Shown here in pieces: positions 18,762-28,193 of a DNA stretch of 64,000 bases. How positions within the stretch are numbered: the first letter of the stretch is position 1; each line of letters starts with the position of its first letter. Below the pieces are notes generated by a model. It worked only from the letters and a program-made list of their open reading frames with translations, ran no database searches and was not told where the DNA came from. The position numbers and the translations under genes were made by a program. This DNA is from an uncultured Acidobacteriota bacterium (GTDB lineage Bacteria; Acidobacteriota; Thermoanaerobaculia; Gp7-AA8). The stretch is from NCBI GenBank assembly GCA_963822445.1, contig CAWGHO010000002.1, positions 832,001-896,000 on the forward strand, written 5' to 3'.

Positions 18762-19220
18762 ATGCGCCGTTTCGCAGGTGTGCTGTTCGTTCTCGTCGTT
18801 GCCCTCGCCTTGGCCCTTCCCCTCACTGCCGCCGACCTCGGATCGGCGCCGATGAACGTCGAAGGCCTGACCATCGACCTTCTTTCCGTCGAGCGGAAGG
18901 GGGCCGTGGTCACGGTGAAGTGGGCCGTCCGCAACTCCGGATCGAAGCAGGCGTACGCGGATTTCGATCTGGCGGGGAAGAAGGCCACGACCTATCTCGT
19001 CGATGAAGAGAACGGAACGAAGTACTTCGTCCTCACCGATAAGGAAGGTCAGCTCCTCGCCACTGAACACGAATACGACGGCATCTACGAGGCGATCCCG
19101 GAACGGCAGACCAAGCGCTTCTGGGCGAAGTTCCCCGCGCCGCCGCCGGCGGTGAAGACGATCAACGTTCTCTTCAGCGACAGCGATCCGTTCGAGAGCA
19201 TCGCCATCACCGACAAATGA
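18762..19220 (+). CDS. Secreted hypothetical protein (beta-sandwich-like)
   Basis: AGGAGG RBS, signal peptide, WAKFPAPP motif; 4-nt overlap with the OmpA gene. Confidence 0.75.
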   Translation: MRRFAGVLFVLVVALALALPLTAADLGSAPMNVEGLTIDLLSVERKGAVVTVKWAVRNSGSKQAYADFDLAGKKATTYLVDEENGTKYFVLTDKEGQLLATEHEYDGIYEAIPERQTKRFWAKFPAPPPAVKTINVLFSDSDPFESIAITDK

Positions 19221-19915
19221 GGAAGCTCGCAGCGCTCGCCGTGATCCTGCTCGCGGCATGCGGGCAGGAGAAGCCGGAGCCGCAATCCGCTCCGGCGCCG
19301 TCCTCGGTGTTGCCCGCGGCCGCGGGCGCACCGGCGGTCGCGGCGACGGGAACGTTCGAGGATCCCGAGCCCGCCGGCGCGCAGGCGCGCGCGGAAGCGG
19401 TGGTCAACGCCGACTTCAATCGCGACAAGCGCACGACGCTGGCCATGAACATCACCACCATCGTCGGCCGCACCTCGGAACTGGAAGGTTTCTCCTCTGG
19501 CATCGCCGCGCGGGAAGACAAGATCGACGCTCGTCTGGCGCGGCTGAACGCGAGAGTCACCGAAACGGAAGTCGTCATTCAGCTTCCGGGAGCGATCCTC
19601 TTCGATTTCGACTCGGCCAACATCCGCGCCGATGCCGACCGCGCGCTGAACGACGTGGCCCAGGTCATCAAGGCTTACGCGGCGCGTCCGGTGCGTGTGG
19701 AAGGGCACACCGACTCCATCGCCAGCGACGACTACAACCAGTCCCTTTCCGAGCGCCGCGCCGCCTCGGTGGTGACCTGGCTGACCGCGCACGGAGTCGA
19801 GAAAGGTCGCCTGGCTTCGGCGGGCTTCGGCGAGAAGAAGCCGGTGGCCACGAACGACACACCGGCCGGACGCCAGCTCAACCGGCGGGTGGAAGTGGTC
19901 ATTGCGAAGAAGTAG
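19217..19915 (+). CDS. OmpA-family peptidoglycan-binding lipoprotein
   Basis: Lipobox LAAC, LFDFD, VEGHTD, YNQSLSERRA, NRRVEV. Confidence 0.92.
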   Translation: MRKLAALAVILLAACGQEKPEPQSAPAPSSVLPAAAGAPAVAATGTFEDPEPAGAQARAEAVVNADFNRDKRTTLAMNITTIVGRTSELEGFSSGIAAREDKIDARLARLNARVTETEVVIQLPGAILFDFDSANIRADADRALNDVAQVIKAYAARPVRVEGHTDSIASDDYNQSLSERRAASVVTWLTAHGVEKGRLASAGFGEKKPVATNDTPAGRQLNRRVEVVIAKK

Positions 19916-19924
19916 ACTCCCGCG

Positions 19925-20749
19925 GTGCCTGTCAGAAAGCCCATCCCCGACAACAACGACGATTCCGAGAACTACGACTCGTCCTCCCGCAAAATGAACG
20001 AACGCAAGATCGCTCTGTTCATCGACTTCGAGAACATCGCCATCGGTGTAACTGACGCGAAATACAAGAAGTTCGAGATCGCCCTGCTGCTCGAGCGCCT
20101 GCTCGAGAAAGGCAAGATCGTCGTCAAGAAGGCTTACTGCGACTGGGACAAGTTCCCCGACTACAAGCGGGAGCTGCACGAGGCCGCGATCGAGCTGATC
20201 GAGGTCCCGGGCCGCGGCTATTCCGGTAAGAACTCGGCCGACATGCGCATGGCCGTCGACGCCATGGATATGTGCTGGTCGAAGGAGCACATCGACTCGT
20301 TCGTCGTCGCGTCAGGCGATTCCGATTTCTCCCCGCTGGTCTCCAAGCTCAAGGAAAACGACAAGTACGTCATCGGCTGCGGAGTGAAGAACTCCTCGAG
20401 CGACCTCCTGATCGACAACTGCGACGAATGGATCTTCTACGAGGACCTCGTCCGCGGCATCACCAAGGCGCCTACCGTGGCCTTCCAGGACAAGAAGAAG
20501 GCCGAGGTGTTCAAGCTGTTGATCGATTCGATCAAGGCTCTGATGCGGGAGAACAAAGAGATCCTCTGGGGGTCGATGGTCAAGCAGACCATGCAGCGCA
20601 AGAAGCCGACCTTCAACGAGGAGTATTACGGCTACAACACCTTCAGCGACCTGCTGGAAGACGCGCAGACGAACAACATCATCAAGATCAAGAAGGATGT
20701 GAAGTCGGGGTCGTACGTGATCACCGGCTTCGCGCAGTCGGCGGCGTAG
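19925..20749 (+). CDS. NYN (LabA/DUF88) domain protein with C-terminal OST-HTH/LOTUS domain
   Basis: FIDFEN, GKNSADMRMAVDA, SGDSDFSPL, FNEEYYGY..FSDLL; GTG start 6 nt after TAGACT. Confidence 0.88.
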   Translation: MPVRKPIPDNNDDSENYDSSSRKMNERKIALFIDFENIAIGVTDAKYKKFEIALLLERLLEKGKIVVKKAYCDWDKFPDYKRELHEAAIELIEVPGRGYSGKNSADMRMAVDAMDMCWSKEHIDSFVVASGDSDFSPLVSKLKENDKYVIGCGVKNSSSDLLIDNCDEWIFYEDLVRGITKAPTVAFQDKKKAEVFKLLIDSIKALMRENKEILWGSMVKQTMQRKKPTFNEEYYGYNTFSDLLEDAQTNNIIKIKKDVKSGSYVITGFAQSAA

Positions 20750-21119
20750 TCGTCTCAGTTTATCCCCGCGCGAAGACGCGGGGATCTCTCCGTGCACGAT
20801 CGCCGATTGTCGCCCAGGCGAGGCCGCCGCGGGCGATGAGTGGCCCGCGATTGTCCCTTACGCCGTCAGCATCGTCCGTGCGCGGGGAGATCCCGCGTCT
20901 TCGCGCGGGATAGACTGAAATCCCGGCTTCGCGCAGTCGGCGGCGTAGTCGTCTCAGTTTATCCCCGCGCGAAGACGCGGGGATCTCTCCGTGCACGATC
21001 GCCGATCGTCGCCCAGGCGAGGCCGCCGCGGGCGATGCGTGGCCCGCGAGTTCCCTGTACGCCGTCAGCGTCGTTCGTGCACGGGGAGATCCCGCGTCTT
21101 CGCGCGGGATAGACTGAAA
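20724..21119. repeat. Tandem 199-bp duplication; each unit is the NYN gene 3' end plus a 164-bp REPIN/MITE-like element
   Basis: Units start at 20724 and 20923; elements 20755-20918 and 20954-21117 bounded by imperfect inverted ends TCAGTTTATCCCCGCGCGAAGACGCGGGGATCTC / GAGATCCCGCGTCTTCGCGCGGGATAGACTGA. Confidence 0.92.
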
Positions 21120-21130
21120 AACGGCTCGAG

Positions 21131-21679
21131 TCAGCCGGCCGTGCGGAGCGCCTTCACCACCGCGCGCGCGATCTCGATTCCGGCGGCGTAGTTCTGCCGG
21201 GTGTTGTTCCCCGCGGGATACGAATCCCTCATCTTGTCTTCGCTGTTCGGCAGACGCTCGAAGCGCGCCGCGCCGTGGCCGACGTTTCGTCCGCCTCGAA
21301 GGATGTCGAACTCGACGACCTGAACGAACTGGATCGCACGGCTCGCATCCGCGTCAGCCAGCGTTCCATGTTCCCTCTTGTAGGGCTCGACGGTTCGACG
21401 GGTATCGCGGGGCGAGGCCAGGTGGGATCGCATGGCTTTGTGGGGCGTGAGAACGATCACCGCATCGAACGAGCTGGCATCGGCTGAGTCGACCAGCTGA
21501 ACGTTACCGAGACGCTCCCGCAGGGCCGTGACGACTTCATCGGCGGGAAAGGCGAACGTTCTTATCGTTGGATCCTGCTCGATCACCACCGCGTACTGGC
21601 CGGGGATCTTGTCGGTGTTCGTCGTTGCACAGCCGGAGAGGATCAGGATGGTGGTCAGGAGCAGAGCGGTGGCTTTCAT
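21131..21679 (-). CDS. Hypothetical lipoprotein
   Basis: GAGG RBS, lipobox LSGC. Confidence 0.7.
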   Translation of the reverse strand: MKATALLLTTILILSGCATTNTDKIPGQYAVVIEQDPTIRTFAFPADEVVTALRERLGNVQLVDSADASSFDAVIVLTPHKAMRSHLASPRDTRRTVEPYKREHGTLADADASRAIQFVQVVEFDILRGGRNVGHGAARFERLPNSEDKMRDSYPAGNNTRQNYAAGIEIARAVVKALRTAG

Positions 21680-21821
21680 CGAATCGTTCCTCGGGGTTGT
21701 TTGAAATGCAACTAAGGCGCCCTGAATACGCGTCGATACGCAAGGAGTTAGGCGATGCGGTGTCCATCCTTGAGGAAACGGTGTCGCTTATCGAGCACGG
21801 TGCTCCACTACAATCGCGCCC

Positions 21822-23477
21822 GTGCCGAAGCCGAAGAATCGTGAGCACTACCCTGCCCTCGTCGTCGGCACCGGCATCGCCGGCCTGACCACCGCTTTTA
21901 CCCTGGCCAGCGCGGGCATCCGCGTGCTGCTGGTGACCAAGGCCACCGATCCCGCGGACTGCAACACCTCCTGGGCTCAGGGCGGGATCATCTATCAGGG
22001 CGAGAACGACTCACCAGCCAAGCTCGTCGGCGACGTGATCCGCGCGGGCGCCGGCATCTCGAACGAAGAGGCTGTCCGGTATCTGGCCGAGGAAGGGCCG
22101 CGGGTCGTGAAAGAACTGCTGCTCGATGAGATGCACGTGCCTTTCTCGACGACCGACGAAGGGGAGCTCGATCTCACGAACGAAGGCGCGCATTCGGTGT
22201 CGCGCATCATTCACGCCGGCGACGCGACCGGACGGGCCATCGAGACGTCGCTCCTCAATCGCGTGAAGTCGGAGCCGAACATCACTCTGGCCACGGACGT
22301 CACGGCAATCGATCTGCTCACCACGCATCACCATCCGCAGGACGTCCAGATCCGCTATCGACTGACCAACGAGTGCGTGGGCGCGTATCTGCTCGACAAC
22401 GAGACCAACGAGGTCTACACGATCTTCGCCGACTTCACCGTCCTGGCCACGGGCGGTCTCGGCCAGATTTACCTGCACACCACCAACACGCGCAGCGCCA
22501 TCGGCGACGGTGTGGTCATGGCTCATCGCGCCCGCGCGAAGATCATGAACGCGGAGTACGTGCAGTTTCACCCGACCGCGCTGGCGGACAAGAAGGCCAA
22601 TCATTTCCTGATCTCCGAAGCGTTGCGCGGTGAAGGGGCGCGGCTTCGCAATCAGCGCGGCGAGTACTTCATGGAGCGCTACTCGCCGGAGCTGAAAGAC
22701 CTCGCGCCGCGCGACATCGTGGCCCGGGCCATCGTCGATCAGATGACCCGCAACAAGGAGGAATTCGTCTATCTCGATCTGGCGAATTTCTACAACGGCC
22801 ATCAGCCCATCCCGGAGCGCTTCCCGAACATCTACAAAGCGTGCATGGACATCGGCGTGGACATGGAGCGCGACCCGATTCCGGTCGTCCCCGCGGCGCA
22901 CTACTTCTGCGGCGGTGTGCTGGTGAACACGGTCGGCGAGACGACCCTGAGCCGCTTGTATGCGATCGGCGAGACGTCCTGCTCGGGATTGCACGGCGCG
23001 AATCGACTGGCCTCGACGTCGCTGCTGGAAGGTCTGACCTGGGGTTATTACGCGGCGCATTCGATTCTGGCGAAGCTCACCGCCGCGTCGAGCGCGGCAT
23101 CACCATCGGTGCACCGCGCGTTCTCGTCGCTCGTCGCGGGATCGGGGCCAGTCCCCGATTCGCTGCTGCACTCGATTCCTGACTGGAAACCGCCCGGAAC
23201 GGAGAACCTCGAGGACCCCGCGCTGATCCTGCAGGACTGGACGACCATCCAGAACACGATGTGGAACTACGTGGGAATCATCCGCACCTACGAGCGTCTC
23301 AAGCGCGCCATGGCCGACGTAAAACACCTCGGCGACCGCCTCACCAAGTACTACCACGAGTCGACGATCAGCAAGTCGATCGTCGAGCTGTTCCACGGCC
23401 AGCAGATGGCGGCGATCGTGTCGGATGCGGCGATCCGAAATTCGCGGTCGATCGGCGCGCATTTTCGAGCGGACTGA
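21822..23477 (+). CDS. nadB: L-aspartate oxidase
   Basis: GTGIAG, AQGGI, EGAHS, QFHPT, LISEALRGEG, AAHYFCGG, GLHGANRLASTSLLE, SIGAHFR. Confidence 0.93.
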   Translation: MPKPKNREHYPALVVGTGIAGLTTAFTLASAGIRVLLVTKATDPADCNTSWAQGGIIYQGENDSPAKLVGDVIRAGAGISNEEAVRYLAEEGPRVVKELLLDEMHVPFSTTDEGELDLTNEGAHSVSRIIHAGDATGRAIETSLLNRVKSEPNITLATDVTAIDLLTTHHHPQDVQIRYRLTNECVGAYLLDNETNEVYTIFADFTVLATGGLGQIYLHTTNTRSAIGDGVVMAHRARAKIMNAEYVQFHPTALADKKANHFLISEALRGEGARLRNQRGEYFMERYSPELKDLAPRDIVARAIVDQMTRNKEEFVYLDLANFYNGHQPIPERFPNIYKACMDIGVDMERDPIPVVPAAHYFCGGVLVNTVGETTLSRLYAIGETSCSGLHGANRLASTSLLEGLTWGYYAAHSILAKLTAASSAASPSVHRAFSSLVAGSGPVPDSLLHSIPDWKPPGTENLEDPALILQDWTTIQNTMWNYVGIIRTYERLKRAMADVKHLGDRLTKYYHESTISKSIVELFHGQQMAAIVSDAAIRNSRSIGAHFRAD

Positions 23478-23486
23478 TCGCTGCGC

Positions 23487-23583
23487 GAAATTGAAAATTG
23501 GAAATTGAGAATTGAAAATGTTTGAGACTCGCTTGGCGCTTCGTCCCTTTTTTCAATTTTCAATTTTCAATTTTCAATTTTCA
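23487..23583. repeat. Inverted pair of AT-rich heptamer arrays
   Basis: About five GAAAATT-like units (23487-23520) facing (TTTTCAA)x4 + TTTTCA (23550-23583). Confidence 0.9.
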
Positions 23584-24176
23584 TGAAGCTCCACCTCGGC
23601 TGCGGTCCGCTGGCGCTTTCCGGCTGGATCAACATCGACAATCAACCCTACCCGGGCGTCGATCGCGTGCTCGATGTCACCGCGGGCCTGCCGTTCGAGG
23701 ATGCGCAGTTCATTTTCGCGGAGCACTTCATCGAGCATCTGCCGTTCGATGCGGCAGCGGCGCTGATGCGCGAGTGCAGGCGGGCATTACGCGACGACGG
23801 CGTGCTGCGCTTGTCGACGCCGAACCTCGATTGGGTCTGGGCTTCTCATTACAAGAAAGTGATGACCCAGGAGGAAGCGGTGCTGGCCTGCTTCGCGATC
23901 AATCGCGCGTTCCGCGGATGGGGCCACCAGTTCCTGTACAACGAGACCACCCTGCGGTCGCTCCTGCTCGATGCCGGCTTCGCGAATGTCGTCCGCTGTG
24001 ATTACGGCCAGAGCAAGCACGCGGAACTGCGCGGCATCGAACGGCACGAATGGCAACCGGATTTTGACGGCTTCTCGCACATCCTGATCGTCGAGGCTTC
24101 CGGGCGCGGTGGGGAAGCGCCGGAGTATCTGGATGGGCCGCGGGAGATGTTCGTGCGGGACGCTGGCGTGCGATAA
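23583..24176 (+). CDS. Class I SAM-dependent methyltransferase domain protein
   Basis: LHLGCG, GWINID, LPF.D, EHFIEHL, R.LRDDGVLRLSTP. Confidence 0.85.
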   Translation: MKLHLGCGPLALSGWINIDNQPYPGVDRVLDVTAGLPFEDAQFIFAEHFIEHLPFDAAAALMRECRRALRDDGVLRLSTPNLDWVWASHYKKVMTQEEAVLACFAINRAFRGWGHQFLYNETTLRSLLLDAGFANVVRCDYGQSKHAELRGIERHEWQPDFDGFSHILIVEASGRGGEAPEYLDGPREMFVRDAGVR

Positions 24177-24247
24177 GTGACGCATGGGCGTCAGTCTTGA
24201 CGAGCCGCTTTTCCGGCAGTAAAGTCGTCGCCGGAAGGAGGACTCGG

Positions 24248-24535
24248 ATGCGAAGGTTCCTCGTCGTTCTTTCGATTGTGGTGCTCGCGACGCCGGGACT
24301 GATGGCCCAGGTGCAACCGCCGCCGGTCGGTGGCGGAGGCAACGGCTGCCAGGATTGCATCGCCGTCAACGCCAGCATGACCACTTATTGCCTGACCGCC
24401 GAGGGCGGATGCTGCGCGACGACCTGGTACGGCTGCTCGCCGGGTCCATACCGGTGTCTGTGCATGCCGTTCGGCAATGGGTGGCTGCAATGCGAATGCT
24501 TACCGGAGTGCGGCGAGCCTTGCCTCTGGGCGTGA
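24248..24535 (+). CDS. Small secreted Cys-rich protein (95 aa, 12 Cys)
   Basis: AGGAGG RBS, signal peptide MRRFLVVLSIVVLATPGLMA, Pro/Gly linker, 12 Cys. Confidence 0.8.
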   Translation: MRRFLVVLSIVVLATPGLMAQVQPPPVGGGGNGCQDCIAVNASMTTYCLTAEGGCCATTWYGCSPGPYRCLCMPFGNGWLQCECLPECGEPCLWA

Positions 24536-24538
24536 CCC

Positions 24539-26701
24539 GTGTGGAGCATCCTTTTCATCCTGCTGGTGGTAGAGGCGGGGAGCGCACAAACCGCGCCGTT
24601 GGTGATCGACTATCGCGCCGCCACGTCCGCTCCGTTGCCGTGCGAGCGCGGCGTCATCGTCGCAACACCGGTCTGCACCGGCGTTGGCCCGTGCGATCTG
24701 CCCACGCGCACGGCTGACTGGGCGCGCGGGGATGCGTCGGTCACCCTGGACCTGGACCACTCCGTTTCCTGGACGATCGGTCTGGATGCTCGCAACTGCT
24801 GGGCGCAGGAGATCGTCGCGGGTGCTGGCGACACCGGAGGTTCACGCTCTGCCTTCGTCTGGCCCCTGGCCACAATTCAAGCGAACCTGATCGCGGAGAA
24901 AGGTCTGAAGTTGCCGGCGACTGCGTCGATCGCGATCGACAATGGCGAGGTCAACCCGTCCGCGACATGCACCATCGATCATTCGCGCCTGACTTGCCGC
25001 GGCCCCGCCATGACCGGCGACCTGCGGCTCGAAGTGCCGGGCTTCGCCCCGGTCTACGTCTGGAACCGCACCATCGCTCCGAAGACGTCCCTCGGCGATA
25101 TCTCGGTCAAGGAGGCTGCGTCATTATCCGGACGCGTTGCCATTGGTCGCCGTGGCGAGAAGGTCGCTGGAACGACGGTCATCATCAAGCCGTCCCTGTT
25201 CGCCCAGACCCGCGAAGAGCAACGCCAGATCGACGCGCGAACGCGCAGAACGACCGCAACCGCGACGGGACTCTTTCAGTTCACGGACCTCGATCCGGGC
25301 CGTTACGAAGTTCGCGCCTCGAAGGACGGCTGGTCACCATCTGAGACCGTAATCATGACTGTCGAACCGGGACGGGAGGCTACGCTGCCCCGCAGACTGT
25401 TGCTCGAGCCGCTGATCGACTTCGAAGTCGCGGTCACTCCGCAGCTCGCCCCGGACGGGCAACCGTGGATCGTCCGCGTCAAGGAAAACGTCGATGTCGC
25501 GCCGAAATCCATCGAGAGCCCGGCCGGCATCGACGGTCGTTGGTCGGCCGGCGCCCTTCAAGCCGGCACCTACACAATCACCGTCCTGGATCGAGCCGGG
25601 ACGATGTTCTTCGAGCGCGGGGCTCCCGTCTCGACGGTTCATTCGCGCATTGCGGTGACGGTCGACGGCGTCGTCGTGCGAGGGCGTCTCAAGCTGGGTG
25701 ACGAGCCATTGGCGGGGTCGGTCAGATTCGCCAAGTTGGGCGGCAAGCGGGCGTCATTTCGGGCCGATGACAGGGGCCTTTTTGCGGGCGTTCTACCGGG
25801 CGAGGGCAAATGGGAGGTTGACGTTACGCCGAACGGAAAGCAGACCAGCGTGCGCGCGCCCGCGGCAGATGTGCGACGAGGAAGTGATGGCGTCGCCGAA
25901 TTGGAGATTGAGCTGGAGGCTGGCCGCGTCACCGGCCGAGTCGTCGACGACACAGGCAAGAGCGTGATGGCGATCGTTTACGTCCACGAGGAGGGACGGC
26001 CCTTCATCACGCACGAACGCACGGCGGACGACGGTACGTTCGAGCTCATTGGGTTGCCCGTCGGCGAGGTGAAACTGCACGCGGCGAAGGGCAACCAGGA
26101 CTCAGGGCTCATCTCTCACCGTGTCAGTGAGAGCGACGACGAACCGGTCACACTCGTGCTACGCCGGAAACCGAGCGTTCGCGGCTGGGTGGTTACATCC
26201 TCGGGTCGCGCCGTGGCCGGCGCGACCATTCGCTACTGGAGCGACGCGGTCGGAGGCGAAAGGGAGCGCGTCACCGGGCCCGACGGCGAGTTCGACTTAC
26301 CGGTACTGCCGTCAGACATCGAGATCACGGTCGTGGTGGTCGCCCCACCCCTCCCCGTGAAAATCGTCAAGCTCGTCGTCGACGGCGAACCGAAAGAGCT
26401 CGTGCTCGATCGCAGTTCCGGAACGTTGTTCATCAAGGCGCGATCGAACCTCGGCATCTTCCTTCGCCGCGGTTCGGCCACGGCGCCGTTGCCTTCCGTT
26501 TTGAGCCCCAAACCGCGCGGCATGTGGGCACCCGAGTGGACTCCGCGCGGTTACGCACTTTCTCTCGAGCCCGGCAACTACCTCGTTTGCCGGAAACCCT
26601 TCGCACCGGCCAACGAGTGCCAGGCCGTTTCGCTGACCGCTGGCGCCGAACGAGATGTGACGGTGGACAATGCAGATCAACTTCCGGAAGACGTGCGCTA
26701 G
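24539..26701 (+). CDS. Secreted protein with repeated carboxypeptidase-regulatory-like (Cna-B/prealbumin-fold) domains
   Basis: Repeated G.V....G..V.GA...T..DG.F....L.PG.Y motifs; Cys-rich N-terminus and Cys pair near the C-terminus. Confidence 0.8.
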   Translation: MWSILFILLVVEAGSAQTAPLVIDYRAATSAPLPCERGVIVATPVCTGVGPCDLPTRTADWARGDASVTLDLDHSVSWTIGLDARNCWAQEIVAGAGDTGGSRSAFVWPLATIQANLIAEKGLKLPATASIAIDNGEVNPSATCTIDHSRLTCRGPAMTGDLRLEVPGFAPVYVWNRTIAPKTSLGDISVKEAASLSGRVAIGRRGEKVAGTTVIIKPSLFAQTREEQRQIDARTRRTTATATGLFQFTDLDPGRYEVRASKDGWSPSETVIMTVEPGREATLPRRLLLEPLIDFEVAVTPQLAPDGQPWIVRVKENVDVAPKSIESPAGIDGRWSAGALQAGTYTITVLDRAGTMFFERGAPVSTVHSRIAVTVDGVVVRGRLKLGDEPLAGSVRFAKLGGKRASFRADDRGLFAGVLPGEGKWEVDVTPNGKQTSVRAPAADVRRGSDGVAELEIELEAGRVTGRVVDDTGKSVMAIVYVHEEGRPFITHERTADDGTFELIGLPVGEVKLHAAKGNQDSGLISHRVSESDDEPVTLVLRRKPSVRGWVVTSSGRAVAGATIRYWSDAVGGERERVTGPDGEFDLPVLPSDIEITVVVVAPPLPVKIVKLVVDGEPKELVLDRSSGTLFIKARSNLGIFLRRGSATAPLPSVLSPKPRGMWAPEWTPRGYALSLEPGNYLVCRKPFAPANECQAVSLTAGAERDVTVDNADQLPEDVR

Positions 26702-27077
26702 TTTCCTGCTCTTCGCGGCTGTCACAGCGTCCGCTGCGCAGCGCCCGGGATGGCTCGGGTTCGGGTACCTGAATCAAACCCGGGTCGAGCGAGGAAAGGT
26801 GATCCGGTCGTGGTTCGTCGTCCGACACGTCCTTCCCGGCAGTCCCGCGGAGCGCGCCGGACTGCGCGTCGGCGATCTGATCACCGCCATCGACGGCCGG
26901 GCGTTGCGCTATGCCTCCGACGCGGACGCCATCGCGGCGATGTCACGCGTGAAGCCGCAGCAGCGACTCCGGTTCGCGATCTCGCGGCTCGATCAGCGGC
27001 TGGTCGTGACGCTCGTGGCCGCGCCCATGCCTGATGCAGCCTGGCAGCGGTGGCAGCAGCAGACCCGTCGACCCTGA
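26670..27077 (+). CDS. Secreted single-PDZ-domain protein
   Basis: Signal peptide, GWLGF, V.PGSPAERAGLRVGDLITAIDG. Confidence 0.85.
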   Translation: MQINFRKTCASFLLFAAVTASAAQRPGWLGFGYLNQTRVERGKVIRSWFVVRHVLPGSPAERAGLRVGDLITAIDGRALRYASDADAIAAMSRVKPQQRLRFAISRLDQRLVVTLVAAPMPDAAWQRWQQQTRRP

Positions 27078-27123
27078 GTGTTTACCGGCCCTCCTGCCCC
27101 TTTATGCTATAAACGCATACCGC

Positions 27124-28185
27124 ATGCGTTTACAAATAATCCTTGCGACGCTCCTCCTCTCCTCCCCTGTCCTCGCCGATCCAGTCATCACTTTGATCAC
27201 CCCGGATTCCGGTCCGGCAGCTGGTGGAACGACGGTAATCATCAAAGGCTCGGGCTTCAGCGACATGTGCATCATCTGCTCGCCGCCGTTCGGCAGTCCG
27301 CCCGAGGTGAAGTTCCTGGAGACGCCGGCGCCGTCGGTGAAGTTGATCGACTCGCAGACCCTCGAAGTCGTCACGCCGCCGCATTTTCCCGTCACCGTTC
27401 CGGTCACCGTTCGCCAGTTCGACGGCTCGCAGCCGGTGACTCTGAGCAACGCGTTTGCGTATTTCGGCGACCCGAACACGGCCTTCGATCCGATCCTCCT
27501 CCCGATCTTCACCCGGCCGGTGCGGGGCGCGTTCGACTCCGAGTTCCACACCACCGCGCGGATCTGGAACGAAGACCGGGAGACCGCGGTCACGCTCTAC
27601 GGAATCGATACGTCGTGCTACCTCTTCAGCCCGACGGTCTATCCGATGTTCCCGTTCCCGCTGCACCCGAGCGGCGGTGAGCACATCCTCCTTCCCGATT
27701 GCAACGAGTCGGTCGGCCGGCTGTTCTGGGTCCCGAAAGGCACCGACACACTCGCCGCGAACCTGCGCGTTCGCGATGTGACACGCGAAGCGAGCAGCCA
27801 CGGCGTCGAGATTCCGGTCGTGCATCGCGACCACTTCAGCGACAGCCGCATCTCCCTCCTCGGCGTCCCCATCGAATCCCGCTTCCGCAACACGCTGCGC
27901 ATTTACAGCCTCGCCCGCGGCGAGCAGCTCATCAACCTGCAGATCGGCGACGAGTCGCATCAGGTCTTCCTGCCCGCAGCCGCAGACTGGTTCCATCCGG
28001 CCGAGCTGACCTTCACCGATTTCCCGCTGCCGGAAGAGCTCTCGGCCGGACAGACGACCATCCGCGTCGTCGTCGACGTTCCCTTCGATCCCGGCAGCCC
28101 GGTGCAGGCGAACGTTCCGATCTGGGCCTTCATCACCGTCACGAACAACGACACGCAACAGATCACCACCATCACATCGAACTGA
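27124..28185 (+). CDS. Secreted IPT/TIG-domain protein, paralogue 1
   Basis: P.ITLITPDSGPAAGGTTVIIKGSGF; shared C-domain ending WAFITVTNNDTQQITTI. Confidence 0.85.
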   Translation: MRLQIILATLLLSSPVLADPVITLITPDSGPAAGGTTVIIKGSGFSDMCIICSPPFGSPPEVKFLETPAPSVKLIDSQTLEVVTPPHFPVTVPVTVRQFDGSQPVTLSNAFAYFGDPNTAFDPILLPIFTRPVRGAFDSEFHTTARIWNEDRETAVTLYGIDTSCYLFSPTVYPMFPFPLHPSGGEHILLPDCNESVGRLFWVPKGTDTLAANLRVRDVTREASSHGVEIPVVHRDHFSDSRISLLGVPIESRFRNTLRIYSLARGEQLINLQIGDESHQVFLPAAADWFHPAELTFTDFPLPEELSAGQTTIRVVVDVPFDPGSPVQANVPIWAFITVTNNDTQQITTITSN

Positions 28186-28193
28186 GGCCTTCC

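Noticed and set aside
20724-21119. Possible CRISPR array
   Set aside because: Only two long units with inverted arms and near-identical interiors, no unique spacers, no cas genes
24248-24535. RiPP (lanthipeptide/ranthipeptide) precursor
   Set aside because: Sec-type signal peptide and even Cys count favour disulfides; no radical SAM, LanM or YcaO gene adjacent
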